From: Callorhinchus milii
Lineage: Eukaryota
Direction of reading: 5' to 3'
NCBI RefSeq assembly: GCF_018977255.1
Contig: NW_024704742.1
Span: forward strand, 125,676,001 to 125,740,000
Length of the DNA: 64,000 nt
Each line of letters begins with the position of its first letter. Positions within the stretch are counted from its first letter, which is position 1. The position numbers and the translations under genes are program-made. Of the stretch, positions 26,601-38,812 are shown piece after piece. A model generated the notes under the pieces. It was not told the DNA's origin. It saw nothing but the letters and a program-made list of their open reading frames with translations, and did no database searches.

Positions 26601-28074
26601 ACATGCAGACAGTGATAAACATGAATACGTATGGCCTGTGCGAAATTGGCTGGCAGCCAATGGATAGCATGGTGTCTGTTGGCTGCCTGGACAGTTTGTG
26701 AGCTGAGATACAAACACACCTGCTGACAGGTTCCAATACACTTTAGGTTTTCTGAAACAATCAGCAAATAAGCCTTTTTTTGTCAGGACAACTTAATTTC
26801 CCATTAACTGAGCACTCCATGAAACCTTACGCCAACTTTGCATGTAAAACTACAATTCTCCCTCCATAAATTTTTTTTTGTTGCATAGAAATTTGGGCTG
26901 ACAGGCCAGAGGTAAACTAAAGCCTCCTGTAATCTTCTGCGTCAATAATATGCTATATCACAGCCTTAGTGGAATACCTCTGGGTTCAAGCAATGGGTAC
27001 AACCTCACAACACTGAACATATTTGGAGAAGACAGTTTGCTTTGCAGTTGCTCTCTGTGTTACTTTCTCTCCAGGCCATTTCTCAAGCAAACGTTCAGTC
27101 ACTTGAGGCTGCAGCCTAGCCGATGCGCAGACAGGGGGTGCAGAGCCTATGTACAATTGACTGACACCCACAGAGAGAGTCAATCAGACGGGCCAGGTGA
27201 GTTCAAGTTATTTTATTGTGGCTTTCCCCCTCTCAGACTCATCTTCCCTGGTTCCCACGAAAACCCACCCAGCTCTCTCACACACTTGACACAGGTGCCC
27301 CTCCCAGGCACCATTCAAGCCCACTTTTGCTCACCATTCAAGGCTACTCCAGGGTTCCTGCTCTCCAGCTTTCGTCAGCTCACCTCTCCCCCTTTCCATC
27401 TGACCCCAGATTTTATTTTTTTCCAAGAGTCCTTGAAAGGTTCTGGTCAGCCCCTGAGCATGTCATTTCCATTTCCTGCTCAGACCACCCACTACCCTTA
27501 CTGAGATACAATCAATTCAGTTACTAAATTAGGAGCAGTTTCATGCTGTGAGGCACACAAACACATTTGGAACCACTGAATCCAACTTTTACTGAATAGT
27601 ATTAATTTGGATGGCTTATTCAATACTAAAGTCCATTGGGACTCTGTGACATTGGGATATTTCACCAGAATGTCAGTCTCCTGTATAATAACAACTTTTC
27701 CTACCATTGTTTGAACATGCATTGGAGAGAAATGACTGCCAAAATAGACTGAGAAGAATTTCATTCAGTTTCAAACTTGTGCTTAAATCTCTACTTTCCA
27801 TTTTGGTTGGAATTCCAGTCAAAAAATATTTGTTTAAACTTATTCTACATTTATTAGGTGCTTTCACATTGTGAAGACATCTCAAAGCTCTTCACAGGAT
27901 TTAATGTAAAGTGTAGTGATTTTGTATTATTAGTAAGGGAACTACAGAACAAAGTAAATGCTGAACAGTTTAAGCAAGAGCAGTTTATAGTTTGCACCTG
28001 CAGTTAAGAAGGTAGTGCTTTAAGCCCATAATTTGTTTATTGTCATCCCTCACGCTTTCAACACCTCCCACCTT

Positions 28075-28535
28075 GATTATCCCAATGCACTCCTTGCCGG
28101 TCTTCCCAGCACCACTATAAACAAGGTCCAAATGATATAAAACTCAGCCACGTGTATCCTCACAGGTACCAGGCTCTGTACCCCCATCACTCCAGTTCTT
28201 GGCAGGTTCCACTGGCTCCCTGTTGCAGAACAAAGCGCTTTCAAAATCCTCACTCTCACTTTCAAATCACTTCATGCCTGGCATCTCCCTAACTGTCTGA
28301 TCTGCTCACACTCCATTCCACTACCTGCTGCCTTCGCTCAGCCGGCTCAGGTCCTCTGCACGTCCCTCATACCCTCCGCTCCACCAATGTCTTCAAATAT
28401 AACACCTGAAGATTTCCTCTTCGACTGTGTTTTCAATCACTTGCCCTCCTTTTCCAGCTCACCATCAAACCACTTTGCTGTTAGCGCTCTGAGACACTAT
28501 CCAGATGAAAGGCACTATATAAATGCAAGTAGTTG
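28075..28535 (+). mobile_element. Old L2 3' fragment
   Basis: cttgattat...ctccttgccggtcttccc...ccactggctccc...ttcaaaatcctc...gatgaaaggcactatataaatgc. Confidence 0.8.
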
Positions 28536-29888
28536 CCGTTCTACAGTCACTACATTTGACAGTAATTGCTTGTAACTGAGTAATTGAGACATTTTGATGG
28601 TAAAGCCGCTAGATCAAATACAAGGATTAGTATAATTTTTTCTGTTTATTATTCAGAATCTAAAAATCCTACCGCAAAACGCTTGTCGTACATGTGCTTG
28701 AGCAAAGTGATCATCACTGGATTAGTGCAGTGTGCCATAGGCTGAGAGATGGTTTTAAAACTAGCCAGACCTGCAGGCTCTTTCCTTCTCCCCTTCGCTG
28801 CCCCCAGTTCCTCAATGCTAATACTAGGCAGCTCACTGAGTTGTTGATAAAAAGTAGGGAAAATTAACAAGGATTCATTCCATCCTGTGTCCCACTTCAG
28901 CATACTGAACTGTCTGGCCCTGTTGGTGTTGAGGGAAGGCCTGGCCTGTGTCAGCCTGGCTTAGTTGGTAGCACTCCCACCTCTGATCCTGACGTGAAAA
29001 GCGCTATATCAAATGCAAGGATTATTAAGGTTAGTGGGTTCAAGCCCCACATAGGGATTTGAATGTGTTATTGTGTCGGCTGAAACTTCAATGCAGTGCT
29101 GGATGTCGCACTATGCAAATTGGCTACAGTGTTTCCCTACAAAATACAGATTGACTACACTTTACAGTAAATCTTGTGAAGCACTTTGAGAATCCGCCCA
29201 ACATGAAAGGATATGTAAGAATGATGATTATTATCATTACCATTAAAGCTTGAAGGTGTTTTGTGGCAGCTTATTGCTCTCAAACAGAGCCCATGATACA
29301 CAGCCTCATAAAACAAGAGGAATGTAATCAAAATAAAATTCCTGGGTTGAGTGAAAAATGTTTCTGTTGTTATGCTGAAATAAACTTTATGCACAAAATA
29401 GAGATGATAAGAAATGCACATCCATTTACCAGGACTGTGTAAGGAACAGTGCACGTCCTTTGCGTTCACAGGCCATGGTGTGCATAATACGGGCATTTTG
29501 GCAGCCAGCTGTAATCAGACACAAGATAATAAGAATAATCCTTGCATTTGATATAGCATCTTCTCACGTCATTGAGATGTCTCAAATCGCTTCACAGAAT
29601 ATACTGTAAGTAGATTCACTGTATATTTTGTGGACAAAACACGGCAGCCAATTGCACACAGCAGTGTCCCACAAACAGTCGTGGATTGAGTGACCAAATT
29701 GATGAAGCAATGTTCATTCAGTCTCCAGCACCTTCATTTAGTTATAGTCCAGATCAGTGGTTGCCAACCTCTTTGGCCAAAACAAATGTTTCTTTGATTG
29801 AATATTTCTTGATTTATGGCATAAATCTATGCTATCATGTTACTTCTATGATTATTTTGCTGGCCAACCCAAATCACCACTGGTCTAA

Positions 29889-30260
29889 ATAATAATAATC
29901 CTTGCATTTGATATAGCACCTTATCACATCTTCGAGATGTCTCAAAGCACTTCACAGAATATACTGTAAAGTAAATTGACTCTATATTTCATGGGCGAAA
30001 CACGGCAGCCAATTGCGCACAGCAGTGTCCCACAAACAGCCGTCGACTGAGACACCAAATTATTATTATTTTTTTTGACAGGATTATTACCCCCGCAAAG
30101 CGATCCACCAATCGACTAACAACCGGATTCCTACTTAGCGCCAGGTAAACAGAGGGATGTGGAGTAAGGAAATTTGCCTAAGGTTTATGCGCTGCCCGTG
30201 AATCGAAGCCAGGTCCTCTCGCTTGCGTGGCGAGTGCTCCAACCACTACGCTGCAGGAGA
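29889..30260 (-). mobile_element. Full-length tRNA-derived SINE, long variant
   Basis: Antisense head (tagtggttggagcactcgcc...ggcttcgattc), an extra internal segment ctgtttacctggcgctaagtaggaatccggttg, and an (att)n tail. A further truncated antisense tail lies at ~29527-29700. Confidence 0.9.
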
Positions 30261-31664
30261 CGCGTCTCTTCCGTACACTTCGAGACAGTGGCAAGTTAAA
30301 AAGTGCAGAATGAAGATAGTCAGCGAAGGGGAGTTCAGACACATGATTTATGTCAACAACCATCCTAACCTCACTTTTAAAAGCGACTGAGTGGATCACA
30401 GTGGATTGAGCCGGAGACTTGTTTTGCAGCACATCGCGTTGAGCAAACTGCTGAGCACAGTGCTCGGAAACCCAAAACCAATGGGCACATAAAAGCAGGC
30501 GGATGTTTCAAAACCCTTCCGGCTTTATAATTCTGCTTGAGTGTATGCACCGCCTCCCCCAACCCTCCACACACACACACACACACACACACACAGCAAG
30601 ATCACTTCCACTATCTCCTATTGCAACAAGGCAGAAAGAAAGAACCGATCCCAAGCCATGCAAAACATAACATCAGCTCAAATTCCCCCTGGTCTCAAAC
30701 AAAAGCCCCAGACAGTAACGCAGGGCGAATTCAGTCAACAACAAGGGGCCCCCACGTTAACCTGCAAAGCTCCAACACGTCCAAATATCAATGCAAAATG
30801 CCTTTCCAGACGTAATAACCAAAGGACAACTGCGGCTCAGGCCAACTGGGATTGCATTCGGCTTACAAATGAACCAGAACTTTGTGTGTTTTTTTTTTGC
30901 TTCCAAATAAGGATTACTTCGCGAAGAATCTGCAGCGTTTCATTTGTTATTTTAGCGCTTGTTAGAATCGGTGGTAGTAAACACATACAAACCCACCTCT
31001 CACAGCCCAGCGCTTCGTTTAGGTGCTTTATCGTTATTATCTTTGTGACCAGAGCTTCCAAATGTTCTGCTCCCCCAGCAATGTGGTGGGAAAGTATGTT
31101 ACTGTATGTACCATCTATGTGTGCTGCAGAAAGGGACACAGTGCCTGGGTGTATGTCTGTATATATGTGTATTGCAAATCCACATAAATAGCATTTTTTG
31201 TGTGTTTTTTTGTGTTTTCCTATATGTGTTACATAATACAGCGAATTGCACCAAGGGTGTGCTTCTAATGTTTGTTCCATCAGACCACAATTATAGTCAA
31301 AAATTACATTTTTTTAAAAATGTTAGCAAATTCCTGATCAGGTGGAAAATAATGCGATTAAGTGCAATGAACCCTAACCAAAAAAAAACCTAAAAGAAAA
31401 TAACATACGAATTCAGTAACGTGATGTATGAATTTTCCAAACCTTGGACTGTCTGGTGTTTAGCCAAAGCAGATCACATTTGATCTAAATGATGGGATTG
31501 TGTTTACAAACCTGACCATCAGTCACTTCTCTCTTTGCTCAGGAAATAGTAGGCATCAACACAACATCCCCCCCCCCCCCCCCACACACACACACACAAA
31601 CGACCACAAACTTTTTTTTTGGGTGGGTGCAGGAAGAGAAAGAAGAAATAAAACACAACCCTAC

Positions 31665-31719
31665 CTCTTTGATCCTCTTGTGTATGTGAATGTAAAGGTG
31701 GAATCCGTGTATCTGAAAT
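31665..31719 (-). CDS. PARP8: PARP8 second coding exon
   Basis: 55-nt exon between a ttttggtttag acceptor and a GAG|gtaggg donor. In phase with the previous exon it gives DFRYTDSTFTFTYTRGSKR, matching recalled PARP8 DFRYSDSTFTFTYVGGPR. Confidence 0.95.
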
Positions 31720-32148
31720 CTAAACCAAAACCAAAAACAAAACAACAGTAATAATTGCAGGAATTTCTTGAATTGCAAACCGCCTGGAAGGATCCGACAA
31801 ACTGGATTAAGCAGATAGACACGTTAACAGCCAAACCATCAAATTGCATTTGAAATAAACCCAAGGATAGAGAGGGAGAGGGGGGGAGGCAGAGAGAGCA
31901 GGTTAGGGAGCTGGTGGTGGGGGGGAATCGTTATCCGTTCTTCGCAACAAGTGTTTCCTTCGCGACAACAAAAGGTACAATGTGTCAGGGGCGAGAGGCG
32001 ATGATGGGGATGGAGAGGGGAAATGACTGAAATCTAAATGCAATGCTAAATACTGGATAGACAATTGCATTTCACCTTTCCATCGAGCTCCAGCAACCCC
32101 GATGGCATTAAAACAGCACAGTGTTTACACGATCGCACTGTAAAAAAA

Positions 32149-32720
32149 ATATATATATATATGTGTGTATATATATGTGTGTGTGTGTGTGTGCATAAAA
32201 AAGACTGGGGTGGAAGGAATCGAGCACAATTGAGGGTGGATTTCCCGTGTGTGTGTGTGTGTCTGGTGTCTGTGTCTGTGTGTAGAGAAAAGGGATGGGA
32301 AGAAAACAATGGCTTTGCGTGTGTTTCTCTCCCTCTCTCTCCCTCCTCTCTCCCCCTCTGTCCATGTGCATAACAGTGGAAAATCGACAGATGCCTATAT
32401 TTTGTAACGATAATAATCACAGAGATAGATAGATAGATAGAGAGATATATTTCATCTCACCGGAAAACAGGCAGTCCTTGTCCGCTTTGCACCTCTGTAG
32501 GACGTGTTCTATGTCTGCCTGTATCCGCTCCTGCCGCGAACACATCCCCATGAAGTGTCAACAGAGACAGAAATGTTTCTTTTCCCCCTTCTTCTCTTTC
32601 TCTTTCTCTCTCCTCTCCTCTCTCTCTCTCTCTCTTCTCTTTTTTTGCACCAACACACACACACACACGTACACGCACTACTCACTCCTCACTCACGCCC
32701 CCTCTCCCCCCCCCCCCCCC
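32149..32720. repeat. Microsatellite cluster, (AT)n, (GT)n, (GATA)n, (TC)n, (CA)n and poly-C, around the first PARP8 coding exon
   Basis: Directly visible simple repeats. Confidence 0.9.
32461..32551 (-). CDS. PARP8: PARP8 (mono-ADP-ribosyltransferase PARP8/ARTD16), first coding exon
   Basis: Minus strand from the ATG at 32551 reads MGMCSRQERIQADIEHVLQRCKADKDCLFS+G. This matches the recalled vertebrate PARP8 N-terminus (MGMCSRQERIQKDIDVVIQKSRAEKDCLFA). The 91-nt coding part ends at a G|gtgag donor. Confidence 0.95.
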
Positions 32721-33900
32721 TCCCTCCCCCTCAAAAACAATATTACTGTGGGGGAAAAAAAGACACAGATCGGCGAATAAATAAATGGAAAAGCCAACCA
32801 GCTCTCAGCTGCGGCTGCTCAAGGTCATAGTCCCCTGTGTGTGCTGCAGGTGGGAGCCGAGCCGAGCCGAGCTGGGGGGGGGGAGCCGGGCCGGGCTGGG
32901 CGGGCTGGGGGGGGGGGAGCCGGGCTGGGCTGGGGGGGGGGAGCCGGGCTGGGCTGTGGGGGGGGGAGCCGGGCTGGGCTGGGCTGGGGTGGGGAGCCGG
33001 GCTGGGCTGGGGGGGGAGCCGGGCTGGGCTGGGGGGGGGGGGAGCCGGGCTGGGCTGGGCTGGGCTGGGGGGGGGAGCCGGGCTGGGCTGTGGGGGGGGG
33101 GAGCCGGGCTGGGCTGGGCTGGGCTGGGGGGGGGAGCCGGGCTGGGCTGGGGGGGGGGAGCCGGGCTGGGCTGGGCTGGGCTGGGGGGGAGCCGGGCTGG
33201 GCTGGGGGGGGGAGCCGGGCTGGTGGGAGCCGGGCTGGGCTGGGCAGGGCTGGGGGGGGGAGAGTCGGGCCGGGCTGGGCTGGGGGGGGGAGCCGAGCTG
33301 GGCTGGTGGGAGCCGGGCTGGGCTGGGGGGAGCCGGGCTGGGCTGGGCTGGGTGGGGGGGGGGGGGGGGGGGGCGGGCTGGGCTGGGCTGGGTGGGGGGG
33401 GGGGAGCCGGGCTGGGCTGGGGGGGAGCCGGGCCGGGCTGGGCTGGGCTGGGCTGGGTGGGGGGGGGGGGGAGCCGGGCTGGGCTGGGGGGAGCCGGGCC
33501 GGGCTGGGCTGGGTGGGGGGGGGCTGGGCTGGGCTGGGTGGGGGGGGGGGGAGCCGGGCCGGGCTGATGTGGGCTGATGTGGGCTGTGGGGGAGCAGAGC
33601 TGCTCACAGCCAACACTGTGCCACCGCCTCTGCCTTGATCTCAGCTGCTGACAGATGACAATAAAGTGATCCAACTGCTCTTCTTCACACAAACACACTG
33701 TACTACGGGAAGCCACAGACTCCACCAACACACACACACATCACCATCACCACTGCCATCTCTCCTCCCCCATCCCCTCCCTCCCTCCCTCCCCCCTCCC
33801 CTCCCCTCCACCCCCCCCTCACCGAGGCTCCTCAGGTTTCGCGATTTCGAAAAGCTCTCACACAGCACAGAGCACAGGTTCACTCAGAAACCTGTAAAGG
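32552..33900 (-). promoter_or_regulatory. PARP8 5'UTR / promoter-proximal GC-rich region, with a possible upstream non-coding exon
   Basis: Free of interspersed repeats and rich in GC and simple repeats, directly upstream of the ATG. Minus-strand acceptor-like tcttttttcccccacag (AG at 32747-32746) and donor-like cctcg|gtgagg at 33823/33822. The TSS cannot be determined from sequence. Confidence 0.5.
32852..33565. repeat. G-rich minisatellite, GAGCC(GGGCT)1-4 plus G-run units (G-quadruplex-prone)
   Basis: About 23 irregular units of gagccgggctgggct...gggggg are directly visible, with extreme G skew on the + strand. Confidence 0.95.
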
Positions 33901-34026
33901 AAAGTGAGAAGATCTTTCTCTCTCTCCCTCCCTCTCTCTCTCTCCCTCTCTCTTCTTCTCCCCACCCAAACACACCCACACCCACACACCCCCACACATT
34001 ATTAATCATTTCACCCGGTTAATCGT

Positions 34027-34126
34027 TTCGCCCACCAAATCTACTTGTACGGTATATTCTGCGAAGCGCTTTGAGACGTCTCGAAGGCGTGTTAAGGCGC
34101 TATATCAAATGCAAGGATTATTATTA
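34027..34126 (+). mobile_element. SINE 3' tail
   Basis: gaagcgctttgagacgtctcgaaggcgtgttaaggcgctatatcaaatgcaagg(att)n. Confidence 0.85.
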
Positions 34127-34949
34127 TCGGTTTCTATTCGGGGGGTTGGGGGAATTGAGTCGGGTGGACAGGAGGGAGGGAGAAGGAGAATAGTCCTTCT
34201 ATCTGCTCTGGTTGTTTTGACCTGGAAATATTGAACCAGGTTAGTTATCTTAATGAAGGAACACAAAAGGGAAAACAGGTGAAATGTAAACAAAAACAAG
34301 ACGAGGAATCAGTGATTCCTTAAAAGCTTAATGCATAACGCCCAACCTTAACTCATTTTTATCCCGTGTGATGCATCAAGGGGCATAATAATTCAATACA
34401 TATTAAACGTCAATCTCATAAACTGGACATCGCTGCATAAACCTGTTAAACCTGTTAAAACAAGTTAATGCAACAGCATATAAATTGCTGCATATATCAG
34501 GTTTAATCAATTAACATGATTAAATTTGGTATTTGGTATTCTTTTTACTTGAAGTTTTAAAAACTGCAACTTTACTATTTTATTTATTCGCCCACAAAAT
34601 ATGCAGTCAGTTCACTTTACAGTATATTCTGTGAAGCGCTTTGAGATGTCTTGAAGACATGATAAGGTGCTATATCGAAAGCAAAGATTATTAGGAATAT
34701 TATTGATCAAATACACTATGGATGGATGCAGGGTTTGTTTTTGCAACTAATGGGGTAAACCAACTGAAAAACGTTCATTCCATAACCACAAAATGTTCAT
34801 TCTATAACCACAAAATATGTATTGAATTTTGTTCATTAAATAAGCCTGATATATGTAATTGTTGGAGATGTCATTCTGTAATAGAATAGAAAATATTGAC
34901 CCTTGTCTTCAAATCCTTTAGCAGGAGGACAATTAGCCCCTCATGGGTT

Positions 34950-35104
34950 AGAACATAAGAACATAAGAATTAGGAGCAGGAGTAGGCCATTCGGCCCCTC
35001 GAGCCTTCCCCGCCATTCAATAAGATCATGGCTGATCTATTCTAACTCCACCTACCCGCCTTATCCCCGTATACCTTAATCCCTTCATCCACAAGAAATC
35101 TATC
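34950..35104 (-). mobile_element. Young CR1-type 3' end with (ttcttatg)n tail
   Basis: agaacataagaacataagaattaggagcaggagtaggccattcggcccctcgagcc; a near-identical sense copy lies at 49064-49220. Confidence 0.9.
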
Positions 35105-36034
35105 TTTTGCACTGACTGCTCGACCACATGTAACACTGAATAGAAGATTCACTTTGTAAGGTGACTAGAAACCATTCATTCAAATCCTGTTTCTGGAAAT
35201 CAACAACAACATAATTACAATTGTATGGCGCCTTTCACGTCAGGAGGACGTCTCAAGGCGTTGAAATTACATTCCACTTATCCTGGGAATTTGGGTTCCT
35301 ACGTGCCAACCTTCAGCATTGTCTGCACTCCGTTGCTTTTTAAGCATTCATATTCTAATGAACTGTTTTATTTACAAATCGATCTTCAGTTGGGTTCCAA
35401 CACAATATTGCAGTTTTTTTGGTTTAAGCAGGCAACATCTACTGTTGGGGTAAATCCATATAACAGTACTTTTTTTTTACTATGCTTTATTTTTCAGGAC
35501 AGGGAGGCCATGAAATAAATTTAAACAAATAAAATCAATCTTTATTCAGTCTAAGTCAACTCGCTGTAGCTTTGAAATTAACCTTTTATCCAATTACCTT
35601 CTTGTGTAATATTTATTTATTAAACAGTAAAATACATTGTATGTTATATATTGTTTTCTCTCAGTTTGTATTTGAATCCTACTGGCAGATCAAGTTAATA
35701 AAAATATAGTGTACAAATATAATATATCTATTTGTACAAAAGCATACTGTTCAGTACAGTACATTCTTTACGTTCATTCACAGCTTTAAAAAAAGACAGG
35801 CTATTGCTTTCCAAACACATTGGAGAACAGTGGGATATGCATCTCATTTTATGAATGGATTATTCATGCAATGGAGTGTGAGGTTATTCCCACTAATTCT
35901 AATATTTCATAATATCAATATTTCCCCCCTTCTCAGTCACCTCAACAATGTCCCACAAACAGTCGTGGACTGGAAGGGATTATGCCTGTTACGTAGAGAA
36001 GAATGGAGGACCAAATGGTTTTGCAAGGGCAGCT

Positions 36035-36570
36035 ACATAAATCCTTGAACGTGTCAGAACAAGTGGAAAGAGCCATGAAAAAAGCTAATAGTATTCTGGA
36101 TTTTATATATAGGCTTATAAGCTATAGAGTATAAAAGTAAGGAATAATGCCAAGTTTGGCCAAATCATTGGTTAGGCCACATTTGGAGTACTGTGTTCAG
36201 TTTTGGGCACCTCACTTCAGGAAGAATGTCATCCTGACGTGAAAGGCACTATACAAATGTAATTTGTTGTTTATGGGGATGATACCATGGATGAGAGGCT
36301 ACAGTTATGAAGAGATACTGGAGAAGTTGGGTCCATTTTCATTGCAACAGGAAAGATTGAGAAGGGACCTGCATTAGCACAACATTTTGAGGGGTTTTGA
36401 CAGGGGGAATAAGGAGAAACTATTTCCACACAGGGAAATCAGCGATCTGAGGCAGAGACACAATAAGAAGAGCAAAAGGAGAGTTTAGAAGATTTTTTTC
36501 TCAGACAGAGTCATCAAAACATGTAATGTCCTGCCAAGTAAGGTAATAGAGCCAGAGTCTGTTGTGGGTA
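36035..36570 (+). mobile_element. Old CR1 ORF2 C-terminal fragment
   Basis: gttaggccacatttggagtactgtgttcagttttgggcacctcacttcaggaag (VRPHLEYCVQFWAPHFRK). Confidence 0.85.
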
Positions 36571-37214
36571 TCAACAAAAACGACTTGCAGGGTGAATCAA
36601 AAGTCCTGAGTCATGTAGACGTTTACACAGATCAACTCATAAACTTTCACGAATGCAATGAAAGACATCTCCTGTCATAGCTGCACACTCTATGAATGTT
36701 ATCCTAAAAGAACATATTTAATAATTAAAATCATCTATTTGTGAGGACTTCTGATTAACCTTGTATTCACCCTTCAAGTGAGTAATGTCTCGGAGCTCTT
36801 AGCAGCAGTGTGGTTTGACACCAAGCTAGAAAGAGAGGGGAAGTGACCGAAAGAAAACAGTCGAAGAGGAAAGTTGTCAGCTGTGATATGAAGAAGGGCA
36901 AATAGGGGGCAGGAAGGAAGGATTGACACAGGGAACTAAGTATCTGACACAGGAGATCGGGTTCAATATACTGTACACAGTAATACAATTCGTCATAATT
37001 TTATGTAGGCCGTTTCTTTAAGGTGGAAAGGGCTTGTAACAATAGCTGGAGATTATTGTAGTATTCCCTATAATATCATTCCAATTATCTTCGCCTTTCT
37101 TTTTCCAAACATGCTTGATCCTGGACGTCCCTATAGAGAGAATGAGGTATTGGCGCAGTTACACCTGACTTCTGCTTTCAGAATCTCAATAAAAATTCAG
37201 CTATCACTGTAGGA

Positions 37215-37620
37215 CAATTGCTAGCACACTTTTGTCCCTGAGTCAAAAGGTTGTAGGTTCAAGCCCCACCATCCCACTCGGGGATTTTGAGCTTGTCTAA
37301 TGATTGTACTCTTAGGGAGTGCTACATTAAATCCAATGATACCTCCAACAATGACACGTTAAAAGGAGGCACCATCGGCCTATTCAGGTGTACGGTAAAG
37401 ATACCATGATATTGATTGAAAAAGAAAAGGCTGTTTCTCCTAGTGTCTTGGCTACCAATCCCTCAGATAAAATTGATCATTCACTTCATAGCTGTTTGTG
37501 GGACACTGATGACATAGCAAATTCTGTCACTGCATTTATAGTAAATCCTGTGAAGCACATTTAGATGTTTTGACAAGATGGGTATGAGGTACTGTATGAA
37601 ATGCAAGGATTATTAATATT
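37215..37620 (+). mobile_element. Deu-domain SINE
   Basis: ctgagtcaaaaggttgtaggttcaagcccc head, ttcaggtgtacggtaaagatacc core, gcaaggattatta tail. Confidence 0.75.
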
Positions 37621-38812
37621 ATAAAACAGAATCATGTGAATGTTCACTGGAACAGATCTGAATTTTTAAAAATAAATTATAACCAAAATCTTTGGTTTAA
37701 TCCGGGTTTGAGAATCATGCTTAGTTTAATAGAATTCTTTAATATTTATGTTTATAATAATAATCCATGCATTTGATATAACGCCTTATAATATATAATG
37801 ATATATAATATAATAATCCTTGCATTTGTTATAGCACTTTTCACATCTTCTAGACATCTCAAAGTGTTCATAGGATATACTATAAAGTGAATTGACTTTA
37901 TTTGAGGAGAAAACGTGGCAGTCAATTGCGCAGAGCAGTGTCCCACAAACAGTTGTGGATTAAGTGACCAAATATTTTTTTAAGGCGTGCTTCACAGAAT
38001 ATGGAATGCAATAAATTACCTTTTTATGTTTTTGCACAGTTTCACTTCCTGTTACCCCCTTCAAGATGAACCGTATTCAAATATGATTGGATCTGTTCCT
38101 TTTATAACAACAGATTAGTGTCAGTTCTATTTTTCAGCATGAATGCCTTGGGCAATGCCTAGAAAAATAATCCAAATCAGGCAAAGCAGCGACTGTGCTA
38201 ATTCAAGAAGCACAAGCCCACTATGATGCTATGTTCTGCCTTTCTACTTGAAAACTGGAAATAAAATTGTACCATCCTAAACGCAGCCTGAAGTATGTAT
38301 CTACATCACAGAGATATAGATACATACTACATCTCCAGTCTCTTCTGTAGTGTTTCATCTCCAGCCTCTTCCCTCCATACTGTGTGCTGCTGCTTACATT
38401 TGTTACACCTTGTCTGGCCACATGAGATTTACGAACACAAAGTCAGCGAATAGTCACCACTGCTCATCCAGGAAACTGAGTGGAGATAACCTGTCCACAC
38501 AGCACAGCTCAGTGTGTGACTCAGGAGCATTGCATTGAAGGTAAGAGAAGTAAGAGACTTTTTCACAAATTTAACCCAATTGTTGGAATTCATCATTCAG
38601 GAGAAGCTTGGCGTTTTTAGCTGGTTAAGTTACAGCAGTACTCCAAAGCCTACTTTCAGACCACCAAGCCTTGCCTCTTGCCAACTTGCATCTAATACTC
38701 TCCGGAAATAGAAAAGCAGGATGCGTGCCTCCAGGGTGAGAGTACATATTCATTCCAGACAGAGAGAAATTTCAAAGTGTAGGTGACATATTTGGTGAAA
38801 CGTCGTCTCGTT

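Noticed and set aside
30541..31280. 216-aa and 147-aa ORFs near PARP8
   Set aside because: Partly built from (CA)n and other low-complexity sequence, with no domain or splice support; most likely intronic chance ORFs.
32785..33737. Long Gly/Ala/Trp- or Pro/Ala/Gln-rich ORFs (246-310 aa) on both strands
   Set aside because: They exist only because the G-rich repeat has no stop codons. The real PARP8 start is at 32551.
33837..33853. E2F/CHR-like tttcgcgatttcgaaa near the putative promoter
   Set aside because: The spacing does not match CDE/CHR and the TSS is unknown; too short to support a call.
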